Shown piece by piece: positions 54,113-63,083 of a stretch of 64,000 bases of DNA. The stretch covers positions 202,201 to 266,200 of the forward strand of contig CAWGEL010000028.1 of NCBI GenBank assembly GCA_963821595.1, written 5' to 3'. This DNA comes from an uncultured Chloroflexia bacterium. GTDB taxonomy: Bacteria > Chloroflexota > Limnocylindria > Limnocylindrales > CSP1-4. A program made the position numbers and the translations under genes. The first letter of the stretch is position 1, and every line of letters begins with the position of its first letter. The notes under the pieces are model-generated. The model saw only the letters and a program-made list of their open reading frames with translations, searched no databases and was not told where the DNA came from.

Positions 54113-54493
54113 TCAGCCGCGGAGGAGCGTCACCGTCCCGGCCCACAGCGTCATGAGGCCGCCGAGCGCGGCCATGGCCGCGAAGATCGGCTCATTGCCG
54201 GCCAGGAACGCGGCGGCGATGGCGCCGAATGCAAGTGCGATGGCGACGGCGATGCCGGCCATGCCGAGGCGCTCGATGAGCGGGCGCCGCTCGGTGCGCC
54301 CGGCCGGCGCACCCGCGGCTGTCGCGGGGTCGCCCTCGGGCGCCGGCTTCTCGAGGACGCCCGGCGGGGTGACTCCCGGCGGGGTGACTCCCGGCGGCCC
54401 GTCGCCGCCCGGCGGCCCGTCGCCGCCCGGCGGCCCGTCGCCGCCCGGCGGCCCGTCGCCGCCCGGCGGCCCGTCGCCGCCCGTGCCGGTCAC
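54113..54493 (-). CDS. Small hypothetical membrane protein with N-terminal (GDGPPG)5 and (VTPPG)2 repeats and two C-terminal TM helices. Its GTG overlaps the pbpA TGA.
   Basis: VTGTGGDGPPG(x5)VTPPGVTPPG...IERLGMAGIAVAIALAFGAIAAAFLAG...IFAAMAALGGLMTLWAGTV. No homolog recognised. Confidence 0.4.
   Translation of the reverse strand: MTGTGGDGPPGGDGPPGGDGPPGGDGPPGGDGPPGVTPPGVTPPGVLEKPAPEGDPATAAGAPAGRTERRPLIERLGMAGIAVAIALAFGAIAAAFLAGNEPIFAAMAALGGLMTLWAGTVTLLRG
54391..54480. repeat. Perfect 18-bp tandem repeat, 5 copies (CCGGCGGCCCGTCGCCGC), next to a 15-bp repeat of about 2.3 copies at 54361-54394
   Basis: Encodes (GDGPPG)5 on the minus strand, immediately 3' of the pbpA stop. Confidence 0.85.
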
Positions 54494-56040
54494 TTCAGCC
54501 CCGCGAAGTAGGCGGAAAGGAAGGCCCCGGCCAGCGGCGCCGCCCGCGTGGCCCCGCTCCCGCCCTGCTCCACGATCACGGCGATGGCGATGGTCGGATG
54601 GTCGGCGGGAGCGAACCCGATGAACCACGAATGAGGCTCGCCTGTGCCGCCGAGCTGGGCCGTCCCCGTCTTGCCTGCCACCGTGACACCGGCGACCTGG
54701 GCGCCCGTCGTGAACCGGCGCCCATCGGTGCCCTGGACGGCCTGCACCATCGCCGTCGTGATCTGGGCCGCGACCTGGCCGGAGACGACCTGTCCCAGGG
54801 ATCGGGGCGACAGGCTGCGGACGCCGCCGGTGCGATCCACGAAGCCGGTGACCAGGCGGGGCGCCGGCTCGATGCCCCGGTTGGCGACGGTCGCCGCCAC
54901 CAGGGCCATCTGGAGCGGCGTCACCAGCACTTCGGCCTGGCCATACGAGGCGTTGGCGAGCTCGACGTTGTCGGCGAACCCGCCCGGGAGCGGCCCGCCG
55001 CCGTTCGTCAGCTGGGACGTCGCCGTCGGCAGGTCGAACGGGATCGGCGCCCCGAAGCCGAGGCCCCGCGCCGTCGCGTCCAACGCGGACCCGCCCGTGC
55101 GCAGGCCCGCGAGCGCGAACCAGATGTTGCAGGAGACCTCGACCGCCCGGTCGAAGTCCAGCAGCTCGGAGCCGGTGAACAGGTGGTGCCCGTCGCGAAC
55201 GCGGTAGCCGTCGACGAGCAGGCCGGTCCGTTCCGCCCCGGGTTGCTGCGCGAACGTGGTGGCCGGGGTGATGGCGCCCGACTGCAGGCCGGCCATCGCG
55301 GTCACGATCTTCATCACCGAACCCGGCACGTACGTCCCCTGGACCGCCCGGTCGACGAGCGGCGAGCTGGCGTTCGCCATCGCCGCAGCGAAGGCCGCCT
55401 TCGACGTGGCCGGATTGGCGATCGCCGAGGCGTCGAACGTCGGCGTCGACGCGAGCGCGAGCACGTCGCCGGTACGCGGATCGAGCGCAACCACGGCGCC
55501 ACGGTCGGAGCCGAGCAGCTTGACCGCCTGCTTCTGCAACGCCAGCGAGAGGCTGGTCTGGAGGTCCATCCGGCGGTCGTCGACCGGCCGGAAGCGCCCG
55601 AACAGCAGGTCGAGCGGGTCGCCCGTCGCTTCGCCCGTGAGCTCGGCATCGTAGGCGTGCTCGAGGCCCGACGTCCCATACAGCCGCGATGCGTAGCCGA
55701 TGGGATTGCTGATCGCCGGCGAGGCATAGACCCGGTACGGCTGGCCCTTCGCGTCGCGGACCGTGCTGGCGAGGACGTTGCCGTCACGATCCAGGATGCG
55801 GCCCCGGACCAGCGATCGCGCCGCGGCGACCACCGCCGCGTCCGACGGATCGCGAGCGAGCTCCGGGCCCCGCACCACCTGCCAGTAGCCGGCGCCGAGG
55901 GCCAGGCCGGCGAAGGCCAGGGCCACGGCCAGGCCGAGTCGTGCGACGCGGCCACCCAGCGGCCGCTCGCGACGGCGCGGGCCGCCGCGGGCCCGGCCGC
56001 CCCTGAGGGTCGGCCCCCAGCCGAGCGGACGGCCGGTCAC
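54490..56040 (-). CDS. pbpA: Class-B penicillin-binding protein / peptidoglycan D,D-transpeptidase (PbpA/PBP2-like)
   Basis: N-terminal TM LGLAVALAFAGLALGAGYW. Transpeptidase motifs SVMKIV and KTGTAQ. The GTG overlaps the rodA TGA. Confidence 0.85.
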   Translation of the reverse strand: MTGRPLGWGPTLRGGRARGGPRRRERPLGGRVARLGLAVALAFAGLALGAGYWQVVRGPELARDPSDAAVVAAARSLVRGRILDRDGNVLASTVRDAKGQPYRVYASPAISNPIGYASRLYGTSGLEHAYDAELTGEATGDPLDLLFGRFRPVDDRRMDLQTSLSLALQKQAVKLLGSDRGAVVALDPRTGDVLALASTPTFDASAIANPATSKAAFAAAMANASSPLVDRAVQGTYVPGSVMKIVTAMAGLQSGAITPATTFAQQPGAERTGLLVDGYRVRDGHHLFTGSELLDFDRAVEVSCNIWFALAGLRTGGSALDATARGLGFGAPIPFDLPTATSQLTNGGGPLPGGFADNVELANASYGQAEVLVTPLQMALVAATVANRGIEPAPRLVTGFVDRTGGVRSLSPRSLGQVVSGQVAAQITTAMVQAVQGTDGRRFTTGAQVAGVTVAGKTGTAQLGGTGEPHSWFIGFAPADHPTIAIAVIVEQGGSGATRAAPLAGAFLSAYFAGLK

Positions 56041-57539
56041 CTGCCTGCCCCCGGCGCGAGACGCCACCGCCGGGCGCCCGGCGGCCTCGGCGGGACCGGA
56101 CCGCGATCCGAGAGCGCCAGCAGCATGCCCAGGACGAGCCCGTTCACGAGCAGCGAGGATCCGCCGTAGCTCACGTACGGCAGGGTGATCCCGGTCAGGG
56201 GGATCAGGTCGAGGTTGCCGGCCGCGATGATCGCGACCTGGACGCCGAGGACGAGCGACAGGCCGCTCGCGAGCAGGGCCCGGAAATCGTCCGGCGCCGA
56301 GGCCGCGATCCGCAAGCCGCGGGTCACCACCACCAGGTAGCAGCCGATGAGGGCAAGCACGCCCAGCAGCCCCAGCTCCTCGCCGATCGCGGCCAGCGGA
56401 AAGTCGGTGTGCACCGCGGGGATCGGCAGGTTGCCATCGACCAGCGGCAGTCCGGCGCCGAGGCCGGTACCCACGAGCCCGCCCCGGGCGAACGCGTGGA
56501 GCGCCTGGATGATCTGGTAGCCGCTGCCCAGCGGATCCGCCCACGGGTTCAGCCAGAGGTCGACGCGCTCGCGGACGGTCGGGAAGAGTTCGGCCAGGAT
56601 GACGAAACCGACAAGGAACAGCGCGAGGCCGAGCACGACGTCGACGAGCCGCCCGGTCGCGACGTAGAAGATGCCCAGGAAGACCGCGTAGAACAGCAGG
56701 GCGGCGCCGAGGTCCCGCTGCACGACGACGATCCCGAGGGCCAGCGCGAGCATCGCGGCGATGGGGATCAGGTATGGCGGCGGCGGGAGCGTGATCCTGC
56801 CGACGAGGCGGACCCGCGCGTCGGCGAGGAGCGGGCGGTAGTCCGCCAGGTACCCGGAGAAGAACACCACCAGGATCACCTTGAGCAGCTCGGACGGCTG
56901 CCCGGAGAGGGGCCCGAGCTCCAGCGACAGCCGCGATCCATTGATGTCGTTGCCGATGACCAGGGTCAGGGCGAGCAGGACCAGGCCGAACGCAGCCCAG
57001 GTGTACTTGTACAGCCGCAGCCACCGGTCGCTCCGCAGCCCGATCGCCACGACGGCTGCGAGGGCCAGCGAGAGCACCAGCCAGGAGAGCTGGAGGTCGC
57101 CGAGGCCGAGGTCCAGGCCCGCGACCCGCTGCTCCACGAGCGATTGCGGCAGCCGCTCCATCAGGAGGAGTCCGATGCCCCCGAGCAGCCCGACCGCCGG
57201 CAGCAGCACCTCGTCGACTCGCCGTCCGGCGAGGACCAGGGCCAGGTGAACCGCCACGAGCACGGACACGTAGGCGGCCAGGGGGACAGCGGCGGCCACC
57301 GTGAACCGGCCGGTCGTCGTGAGCCCGAGCGACAGTCCTCCGATCGCCAGCGTCGCCGCGACCACGATGAGGAGGCCGAGCTCGCGTCGTCGAGCGACCG
57401 GCCGGGGAAGCGCCGGCAGGGCGGGCCGCGCGGCGACGGCGCCCGTCACCGGCGTCCCGCCGCAGGTGCGCCGGCCGCCGGGGGACGCCCGCGGCGGGTT
57501 CGAACCGTCTGTTCCGGCGAGACGGGCCGCTCGCGTCAC
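56037..57539 (-). CDS. rodA: SEDS-family peptidoglycan glycosyltransferase (RodA/FtsW)
   Basis: Polytopic. ...YVSYGGSSLLVNGLVLGMLLALS. The GTG overlaps the fhaB TGA. Confidence 0.85.
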   Translation of the reverse strand: MTRAARLAGTDGSNPPRASPGGRRTCGGTPVTGAVAARPALPALPRPVARRRELGLLIVVAATLAIGGLSLGLTTTGRFTVAAAVPLAAYVSVLVAVHLALVLAGRRVDEVLLPAVGLLGGIGLLLMERLPQSLVEQRVAGLDLGLGDLQLSWLVLSLALAAVVAIGLRSDRWLRLYKYTWAAFGLVLLALTLVIGNDINGSRLSLELGPLSGQPSELLKVILVVFFSGYLADYRPLLADARVRLVGRITLPPPPYLIPIAAMLALALGIVVVQRDLGAALLFYAVFLGIFYVATGRLVDVVLGLALFLVGFVILAELFPTVRERVDLWLNPWADPLGSGYQIIQALHAFARGGLVGTGLGAGLPLVDGNLPIPAVHTDFPLAAIGEELGLLGVLALIGCYLVVVTRGLRIAASAPDDFRALLASGLSLVLGVQVAIIAAGNLDLIPLTGITLPYVSYGGSSLLVNGLVLGMLLALSDRGPVPPRPPGARRWRLAPGAGR

Positions 57540-57969
57540 CCGGTCCCCCGCTCCAGGCGGAGGCGCACCTCACCCACCTGGATCTCGTCGCCGAAGCCGA
57601 GTGGGGCGACGCCCGCGACCGGCGACCCGTTGACGAACGTCCCGTTCGTGCTCGCCAGGTCCTCCACGTACCAGCCTCGACCGCGGAAGGTCAGCACCGC
57701 GTGGCTGGCCGAGGCAAACGGATCCTCGACCACGACGCTGCTGCCGAGGTCGCGGCCGAGCGTGGTGACCGCGTCCAGCGGGAACACCGTGCCCGCCGCC
57801 GGCTCGCCGCCGCTTGCGACCACCACCAGGCGGCCGAGCGCGCCCGCCGGGTCGCGTGCCGCGGCCCGAACGTCGCGGATGAGAGCCCGGGCGACGACGA
57901 CCAGGAACAGGTAGATACCCGCCAGAAAGGCGAACCGGACCGCCCAGACGGCAACCGTCAGCCCGTCCA
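57536..57969 (-). CDS. fhaB: FHA-domain protein with an N-terminal TM helix (FhaB/FipA-like)
   Basis: TM AVWAVRFAFLAGIYLFLVVVA. FHA domain TTLGRDLGSSVVVEDPFASASHAVL...LASTNGTFVNG. Confidence 0.7.
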
Positions 57970-58746
57970 TCCGGGCTCCGGCGGCAGGACTTCCAGGCGG
58001 TGCGCACCCACGTCGATCACGTCTCCCAGGTCGAGGACGGCCTCGCGCACGACGAGCCCGTTGACGCGCGTCCCGTTCGTGCTCCCCGCGTCGGAGATCA
58101 CCAGGTGATCGCCGCGCCGGGTCAGGCGCGCGTGGTGCCGCGACACGAGGGCATCGACGAGGACGAGGCCATTCTCGGGACCGCGCCCGATGTCCAGCGG
58201 CCGGCCGTCGACGACCGCCCACCGCTCCGAAGCGTCCGGCGCCACCACTCGCAGCACGGCCATGGGACGGGCCACCGCGGTCGGGTGGGCGCGCGTGGCG
58301 TCGGAGGGCGGGACGCCGTCGCCCGCACGGTCGGCGGCCAGCGCCGTGCGCCAGCCGTCATCCGGCCGCTCGGCGCCGCGCTCCTCGGCGAAGGACGCAA
58401 CGATCCGCACCTCACCCTTCGGCAGCGCAGGGTCGGCGACCAGGCGGACCAGCGGCCGTTCCGGGATGCGATAGCCGCGCCGGCGGGCGTGCTCGAGCGC
58501 CGCCGCCGCCAGGTCCCCGGCGACCTTCTGCCGGTCCCGCAGGCGGGCGGCGTCGACGGGTGACACGGCGACCTCGAATCGCGTCGGGGCGACGGGGCCT
58601 TCCGGTCCCGGGCGCCGCTCCTCGTCGATCGTCCGGTCCAGACGAGCGACAAGGGCGAGCGGCTCAAGGTGGGCGCCCGGCAGCCGCCGGCCGGGGCGTT
58701 CGAACAGCCGCTCGAGGAACCGTTCCAGGGAGGTCAGGATCGACAT
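57958..58746 (-). CDS. fhaA: FhaA-like protein (DUF3662 N-terminal domain plus C-terminal FHA domain)
   Basis: MSILTSLERFLERLFERPG... The C-terminal FHA domain has DIGRGPENGLVLVDALVSRHHARL...ISDAGSTNGTRVNG. Confidence 0.75.
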   Translation of the reverse strand: MSILTSLERFLERLFERPGRRLPGAHLEPLALVARLDRTIDEERRPGPEGPVAPTRFEVAVSPVDAARLRDRQKVAGDLAAAALEHARRRGYRIPERPLVRLVADPALPKGEVRIVASFAEERGAERPDDGWRTALAADRAGDGVPPSDATRAHPTAVARPMAVLRVVAPDASERWAVVDGRPLDIGRGPENGLVLVDALVSRHHARLTRRGDHLVISDAGSTNGTRVNGLVVREAVLDLGDVIDVGAHRLEVLPPEPGWTG

Positions 58747-58909
58747 CGACCTCGGATTGTCGCGCGGTTGGCGACGTCCTGCGCGCACCTGCGGGCCGGG
58801 CGGCGCGGGACGAACGGCGGAGACGACGGGTACGGTCGTCCCCACGAGCCATTTGCGCCCGTCGGTGTACTCTCGGTCGCGCGGCCGGGGCGAGGCTCCG
58901 GATCCGGCC

Positions 58910-60553
58910 ATGCGCGAGCTCGGGAACTCGATGACGGAACTCCTCACCGAATCGTTCTGCGAACGTTGCGGCACTCGCTACACGTTCGAGGCGAGCCAGC
59001 GGCGGCGCGGCGGCACGTCCCGCCTGCGGGTCCTCTCCCTCGGGTTGCGCACGTTCATCGCCAACGACGACACGTCGCTGTCGGAGGCCATGGCGGCCGC
59101 GCGCAACGATGAGGAGCGAGCCGTCGCCGCGCGGCAGATGGACGCCTTCCATCGAACCTTCAACTTCTGCTTCAGCTGCCGCCAGTACATCTGCGCCAAT
59201 TGCTGGAACGACCTCGCGGGCACGTGCCTGACCTGCAACCCGCTGGAAATCGACCAGTTCGAGCGTTCGGCCACGCTCGAGGCGACTCCCCCGGTTGCCG
59301 AGACGGCCGTGCCGGCCGCGCAGCCGCCCGCTGCGCTCGACGCTGCCCTGCCGGCCGTGGACGGCTCCATGGCCGCCGGCGCCACCGGGACCGACCAGGC
59401 GCCGCAGGGAGCGATCGCGGCCACGGGGGCGGCCCCGCTGCTGCGCCCGCGCCTGGAGGCCGTGGCGTGGCCACGAACCGACGTCGCGGAACCCCGGACG
59501 GTCGAGGAGCCTGCCGAAGCGCCGCTTGCCGAGGGGGCGTCCGCGGACGAGCTCACCGCAGCCGAGCTGCAGACGGTCCGCGAGGCGCTCGGGGCGGTCC
59601 CGGGCGCCGACGGCGCCTGGCCGGCGGCCGCGGAGCTCGCGGCACCCGAGGGGGCCGTCGAGCCGACCACTGCAGAGCAGGCCGTCGAGCCCTCATCTGT
59701 CGAGGCGGCCGTGGAGCTCACGGCCGTCGAGCCGACCACTGCCGAGGCAACGGCCCTGCCCGCGGCCGAAGCAGCCCCCATCCCTGCCGAAGCTGATCAG
59801 CCCGAGACGGTTGCTCCACCGCCAGCCTCGCAGCCACAGCCACAGCCCGAAGCCTCCACCCTCGACGGCCGCCGGGCATCGGCGCCCGATCGTCCCGGGC
59901 GATTCGGCCGCCTTCGCACCGGCGGCCTCCTGGACCGGTACCGACCAGCGGCCGGCGACAAGCTGCTGCCGACCCACCCCGCGCCTGGCGCGGCCGGCGG
60001 GGCCGTGCCGGTCGACGCAGCCGTCGCCGGGGACGCACCCGCCGACGAACGTGTCGCCGTGGACCGAGCCGTCCCGGGCGAGTCCGTGGCGGACCGGGAC
60101 ACGGCCGTCCTGCAGCCGGAGCCCGCGCCGGATCGTCCGACTGAGCCAGCTCCGCCGGCCGACACCGAGCCGGCTCCTCCCGCGGCGGAACCCGCGCCAT
60201 CGCGCCGGCCGGCGCGGGCGGAGCGACCCGCGGCCACGCCGGTTGCGGCGGCGCGCGACGTCGTCGGCCAGCCCGTCTGGAGCGTCGTCGCGCCCGACAC
60301 CGACGAGGAGCCCGCCCTGCCCTGGACGCCCGGGCCGCGACCGGCCCCGCGGCCACTGGACCTGCCACCCTCGGCCTGGGCAGCCCGGCTGGCGACGGCG
60401 CGGCCCGACGACGTCTGGGCGATCTCAGCGCAGGACGTCGTCACCACGCAGGCGGGCGCACCGGCGCCATCGGTCCAGCCGTGCATCCAGTGTGGCCTGG
60501 CCCTCTCGGCCAACGCGCGATTCTGCCGGCGCTGCGGGGCGGGCCAGGGCTGA
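58910..60553 (+). CDS. Hypothetical protein with an N-terminal double zinc ribbon, a long Pro/Ala/Glu-rich disordered linker and a C-terminal zinc ribbon
   Basis: FCERCGTRYTF...FCFSCRQYICANCWNDLAGTCLTCNP at the N-terminus. CIQCGLALSANARFCRRCG at the C-terminus. Minus-strand ORFs inside this span are low-complexity. Confidence 0.5.
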   Translation: MRELGNSMTELLTESFCERCGTRYTFEASQRRRGGTSRLRVLSLGLRTFIANDDTSLSEAMAAARNDEERAVAARQMDAFHRTFNFCFSCRQYICANCWNDLAGTCLTCNPLEIDQFERSATLEATPPVAETAVPAAQPPAALDAALPAVDGSMAAGATGTDQAPQGAIAATGAAPLLRPRLEAVAWPRTDVAEPRTVEEPAEAPLAEGASADELTAAELQTVREALGAVPGADGAWPAAAELAAPEGAVEPTTAEQAVEPSSVEAAVELTAVEPTTAEATALPAAEAAPIPAEADQPETVAPPPASQPQPQPEASTLDGRRASAPDRPGRFGRLRTGGLLDRYRPAAGDKLLPTHPAPGAAGGAVPVDAAVAGDAPADERVAVDRAVPGESVADRDTAVLQPEPAPDRPTEPAPPADTEPAPPAAEPAPSRRPARAERPAATPVAAARDVVGQPVWSVVAPDTDEEPALPWTPGPRPAPRPLDLPPSAWAARLATARPDDVWAISAQDVVTTQAGAPAPSVQPCIQCGLALSANARFCRRCGAGQG

Positions 60554-60651
60554 CGCGGTCGAGGGGCCACCAGGGACGCGTGGACCCACCCACCGATCGC
60601 CGAACCGTGTCGGTGCTCACCGCGGAGCTGGCGCCGTCCGACCAGGGCGGC

Positions 60652-61461
60652 TCAGAGCCGGACGCCTGACGAGGGGCCCGTGGCCGAGGTGGGTTGCGCT
60701 CCGGCGGCAGGACGCCGGCCCCTGGCCCGAACCCGCACCCAGGCCGCTCCGACCAGGAACAGCTGGGCGACCCAGGCCAGCCAGAGGAGGCCGGCGAACG
60801 CCGCCGCGAACGTGCCGAACAGCGCCGCTGAAGACGTGAACACCTGGCCGAGGCCGCCGAACAGCGCGGTGATCAGCGAGACGGCGAGCCCGATCCAGAG
60901 GGCCGGCCAGAGCGCCGGCCGCCAGCCGGGCCGCGGCAGGGGCAGGAACCGGTACGCCAGCGCGCAGGCACCGGCCAGCACGGGCACGGCGATCACGCGC
61001 ACGGCCGGACCGGCTCCGAACAGCTCCGTGACCGGGCCCGGGACGATGAGCACGACCACCACGATCGCGAGCCCGACGAACGCGATCGCCACGACGACGA
61101 CCTCGATGACGAGCCGGCCCAGGCCCCGTGCTCCGGGCGCTTCTTCGAAGACCAGGCCGATGGCGGCGTCCAGCCCCCGGACGAACGAGCTGGCGGACCA
61201 CACGAGCAGCCCAATGCCGACGATCGAGAACCCGGGTGCCGCCCGGAGGGCTCCGTCGACGGCGGTTCGGACCACCGGCGCGAGCGGCGCGAACTGCCCT
61301 GCCAGCAGCTCGGCGAGGCGGTCGCGCGACGGCTCGTCACCGACGAACAGGCCGGCGATGGCGATGATGACGAGGATGCCCGGGACGAGCGCGAAGATCG
61401 CCACGAACGCCAGACCCCTGGCGAGCAACCCGCCCCCGGCGGCGTCATAGCGACGCAGCAC
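60652..61461 (-). CDS. YihY/BrkB-family inner-membrane protein; the N-terminus may extend to about 61590
   Basis: LARGLAFVAIFALVPGILVIIAIAGLF and five further TM helices. Confidence 0.7.
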   Translation of the reverse strand: MLRRYDAAGGGLLARGLAFVAIFALVPGILVIIAIAGLFVGDEPSRDRLAELLAGQFAPLAPVVRTAVDGALRAAPGFSIVGIGLLVWSASSFVRGLDAAIGLVFEEAPGARGLGRLVIEVVVVAIAFVGLAIVVVVLIVPGPVTELFGAGPAVRVIAVPVLAGACALAYRFLPLPRPGWRPALWPALWIGLAVSLITALFGGLGQVFTSSAALFGTFAAAFAGLLWLAWVAQLFLVGAAWVRVRARGRRPAAGAQPTSATGPSSGVRL

Positions 61462-61607
61462 CTCGCGGGCGGTCGCGACGCGGGGAACGCCAAGGAGCCG
61501 GGTGGCGGCGACCTCGAAACGTGCCCGGGCCCGGGCGACCTTGCCCGACCACCAGAGCGCCGGGTCGGCCCGCGCGCCTGCTTCCCCGCCGGGCTCGCCG
61601 GTCCCCG

Positions 61608-61850
61608 TCAGAGCTCCTCGAAGAGGCCCGTCTGCAGCGCCAGCTCGTCCGCGCTCACGCGGTGGCGAGGCCGCAGCAGCGCCCGGACTTCGGCTCGCCG
61701 GACGTACCGGCGACCTCCGAGCTTGATCGTCTGGAGTCGGCCCTCACGGGCCCAGCGGCCGATCGTGGCAGGGCTGAAGCGGACATTGGCACCGGCCAGC
61801 AACCCCGAGGCATCTCCCAGGCTGATCCAGTCCGACGGCGGGCGCGGCAT
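61608..61850 (-). CDS. Small helix-turn-helix DNA-binding protein (excisionase/MerR-like HTH_17 type)
   Basis: ISLGDASGLLAGANVRFSPATIGRWAREGRLQTIKLGGRRYVRRAEVRALL. Confidence 0.55.
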   Translation of the reverse strand: MPRPPSDWISLGDASGLLAGANVRFSPATIGRWAREGRLQTIKLGGRRYVRRAEVRALLRPRHRVSADELALQTGLFEEL

Positions 61851-61865
61851 CGCTCGATCCGACGG

Positions 61866-62243
61866 CTAATCCGTGGCGGCCTTGGCCGCGCTGCCGGAAC
61901 CGCCGCCCTCGCCCGACGAGGTCGAGGAAGAGGAGGACGACGAGGAGGGGGAATCCGACCCGCCGCCGCCGCCGCCGCCGCCGCCTCGCGAGGTCGTCCC
62001 GCCGGACCCGCCATCCGAGCCCTTGCCGGAGCCGGACGCGGACGCCTTCTTCTCGGGCGCGCCGGAGTACCGGCGGTCGAGCTTGGCCCAGCCGCTGCCC
62101 TTGAACACGATGGTGGGCGGCGCGAACACCCGCGATACGGGGCTCCCGCACACCGGGCACTGGTGCGGGCCGGCCTCGTTCAGACCGTGGAACACCTCGA
62201 ACCGGTGGCGGCAGGCGGTACAGACGTAGTCGTAGATCGGCAC
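61866..62243 (-). CDS. FmdB-family zinc-ribbon protein with a disordered Gly/Ser-rich C-terminal tail (Ruc-like)
   Basis: MPIYDYVCTACRHRFEV...HQCPVCGSP, then ...GGGGGGGGGSDSPSSSSSSSS. Confidence 0.7.
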   Translation of the reverse strand: MPIYDYVCTACRHRFEVFHGLNEAGPHQCPVCGSPVSRVFAPPTIVFKGSGWAKLDRRYSGAPEKKASASGSGKGSDGGSGGTTSRGGGGGGGGGSDSPSSSSSSSSTSSGEGGGSGSAAKAATD

Positions 62244-62270
62244 GAACGCTCTCTCTCGATTGTCGAAGGC

Positions 62271-63002
62271 TCAGCCGCGCAGCAGGCGCATGCCGCATTT
62301 CGGGCAGTAGAACGCCCGCTCATGAGCGGACGCGAACCCGCAGTGCGCGCAGACCAGCCCGCCACGCCCGGCTGCCGGCATCGGCCGGTCCAGTGGCACC
62401 ACACCCAACGCGTACTGGCTGGCAAGGACGTTCTGGAAGATCCCGCCGAGGAGGCGGCCGGCGGTGCGATCCGTGTCGCCGCGAGCACCCCGCCCGCCCC
62501 AGCCCAGGACGGCGCGGACGAGCATGTCGCCGGTGCTCTCATCCCAGTGGGATGCGATCCCGCCGACGATGGCGTTGTAGTCGGGATAACCGGCCGTGTC
62601 GACTTCTCCGTCGATGAGCCCGCAGACCAGCGTGTCGAAGGTCAGGTCGAGCGCGTCGATCATCTCCAGCACGTAGATGGCATGGCGCGTCACCGGGCTG
62701 TTGGCATGGTGGGCGTTCACCCACTGCATGGCCTGCGACGGACGGATGATCTGGGGGCTCGCCTCGGCGTACTCGACGGGACGCGGCTCGACGACCTCAA
62801 CGTCGCCCTCGACCAGTCCGGCAAGCATGTTCGGCAGCTCGGCGTTCGCGCGCGGGCCGCCCTTCATCCGCACGGCCTCGCTGCTCTTCCCCGCGTAGTA
62901 CAGCTTGAGGACGTGCTCCTGGGCGGACGTTTCCTCCGGGATCGCCGCGGCGGCGAGAGGCGCCTCCTCCCGCCCGCGACGCTTGAGGAACTCGAGCGGC
63001 AC
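62271..63002 (-). CDS. Hypothetical protein with a C-terminal CxxC...CxxC zinc ribbon, adjacent to the FmdB-like gene
   Basis: ...GLVCAHCGFASAHERAFYCPKCGMRLLRG. No domain recognised. Confidence 0.5.
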   Translation of the reverse strand: MPLEFLKRRGREEAPLAAAAIPEETSAQEHVLKLYYAGKSSEAVRMKGGPRANAELPNMLAGLVEGDVEVVEPRPVEYAEASPQIIRPSQAMQWVNAHHANSPVTRHAIYVLEMIDALDLTFDTLVCGLIDGEVDTAGYPDYNAIVGGIASHWDESTGDMLVRAVLGWGGRGARGDTDRTAGRLLGGIFQNVLASQYALGVVPLDRPMPAAGRGGLVCAHCGFASAHERAFYCPKCGMRLLRG

Positions 63003-63083
63003 GAACCCTCCCTCGGTTCAGATGATCCGTAATCCTAGCAGGCGGAGCAGGAGTCCCGGCCGATGCCGATCCGGCGGCCCTGG

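Noticed and set aside
58978-60570. Minus-strand ORFs of 267 and 257 aa inside the Zn-ribbon/Pro-rich gene
   Set aside because: They are pure Ala/Ser/Arg/Gly low-complexity antisense translations. The plus-strand frame has structured Cys motifs at both ends.
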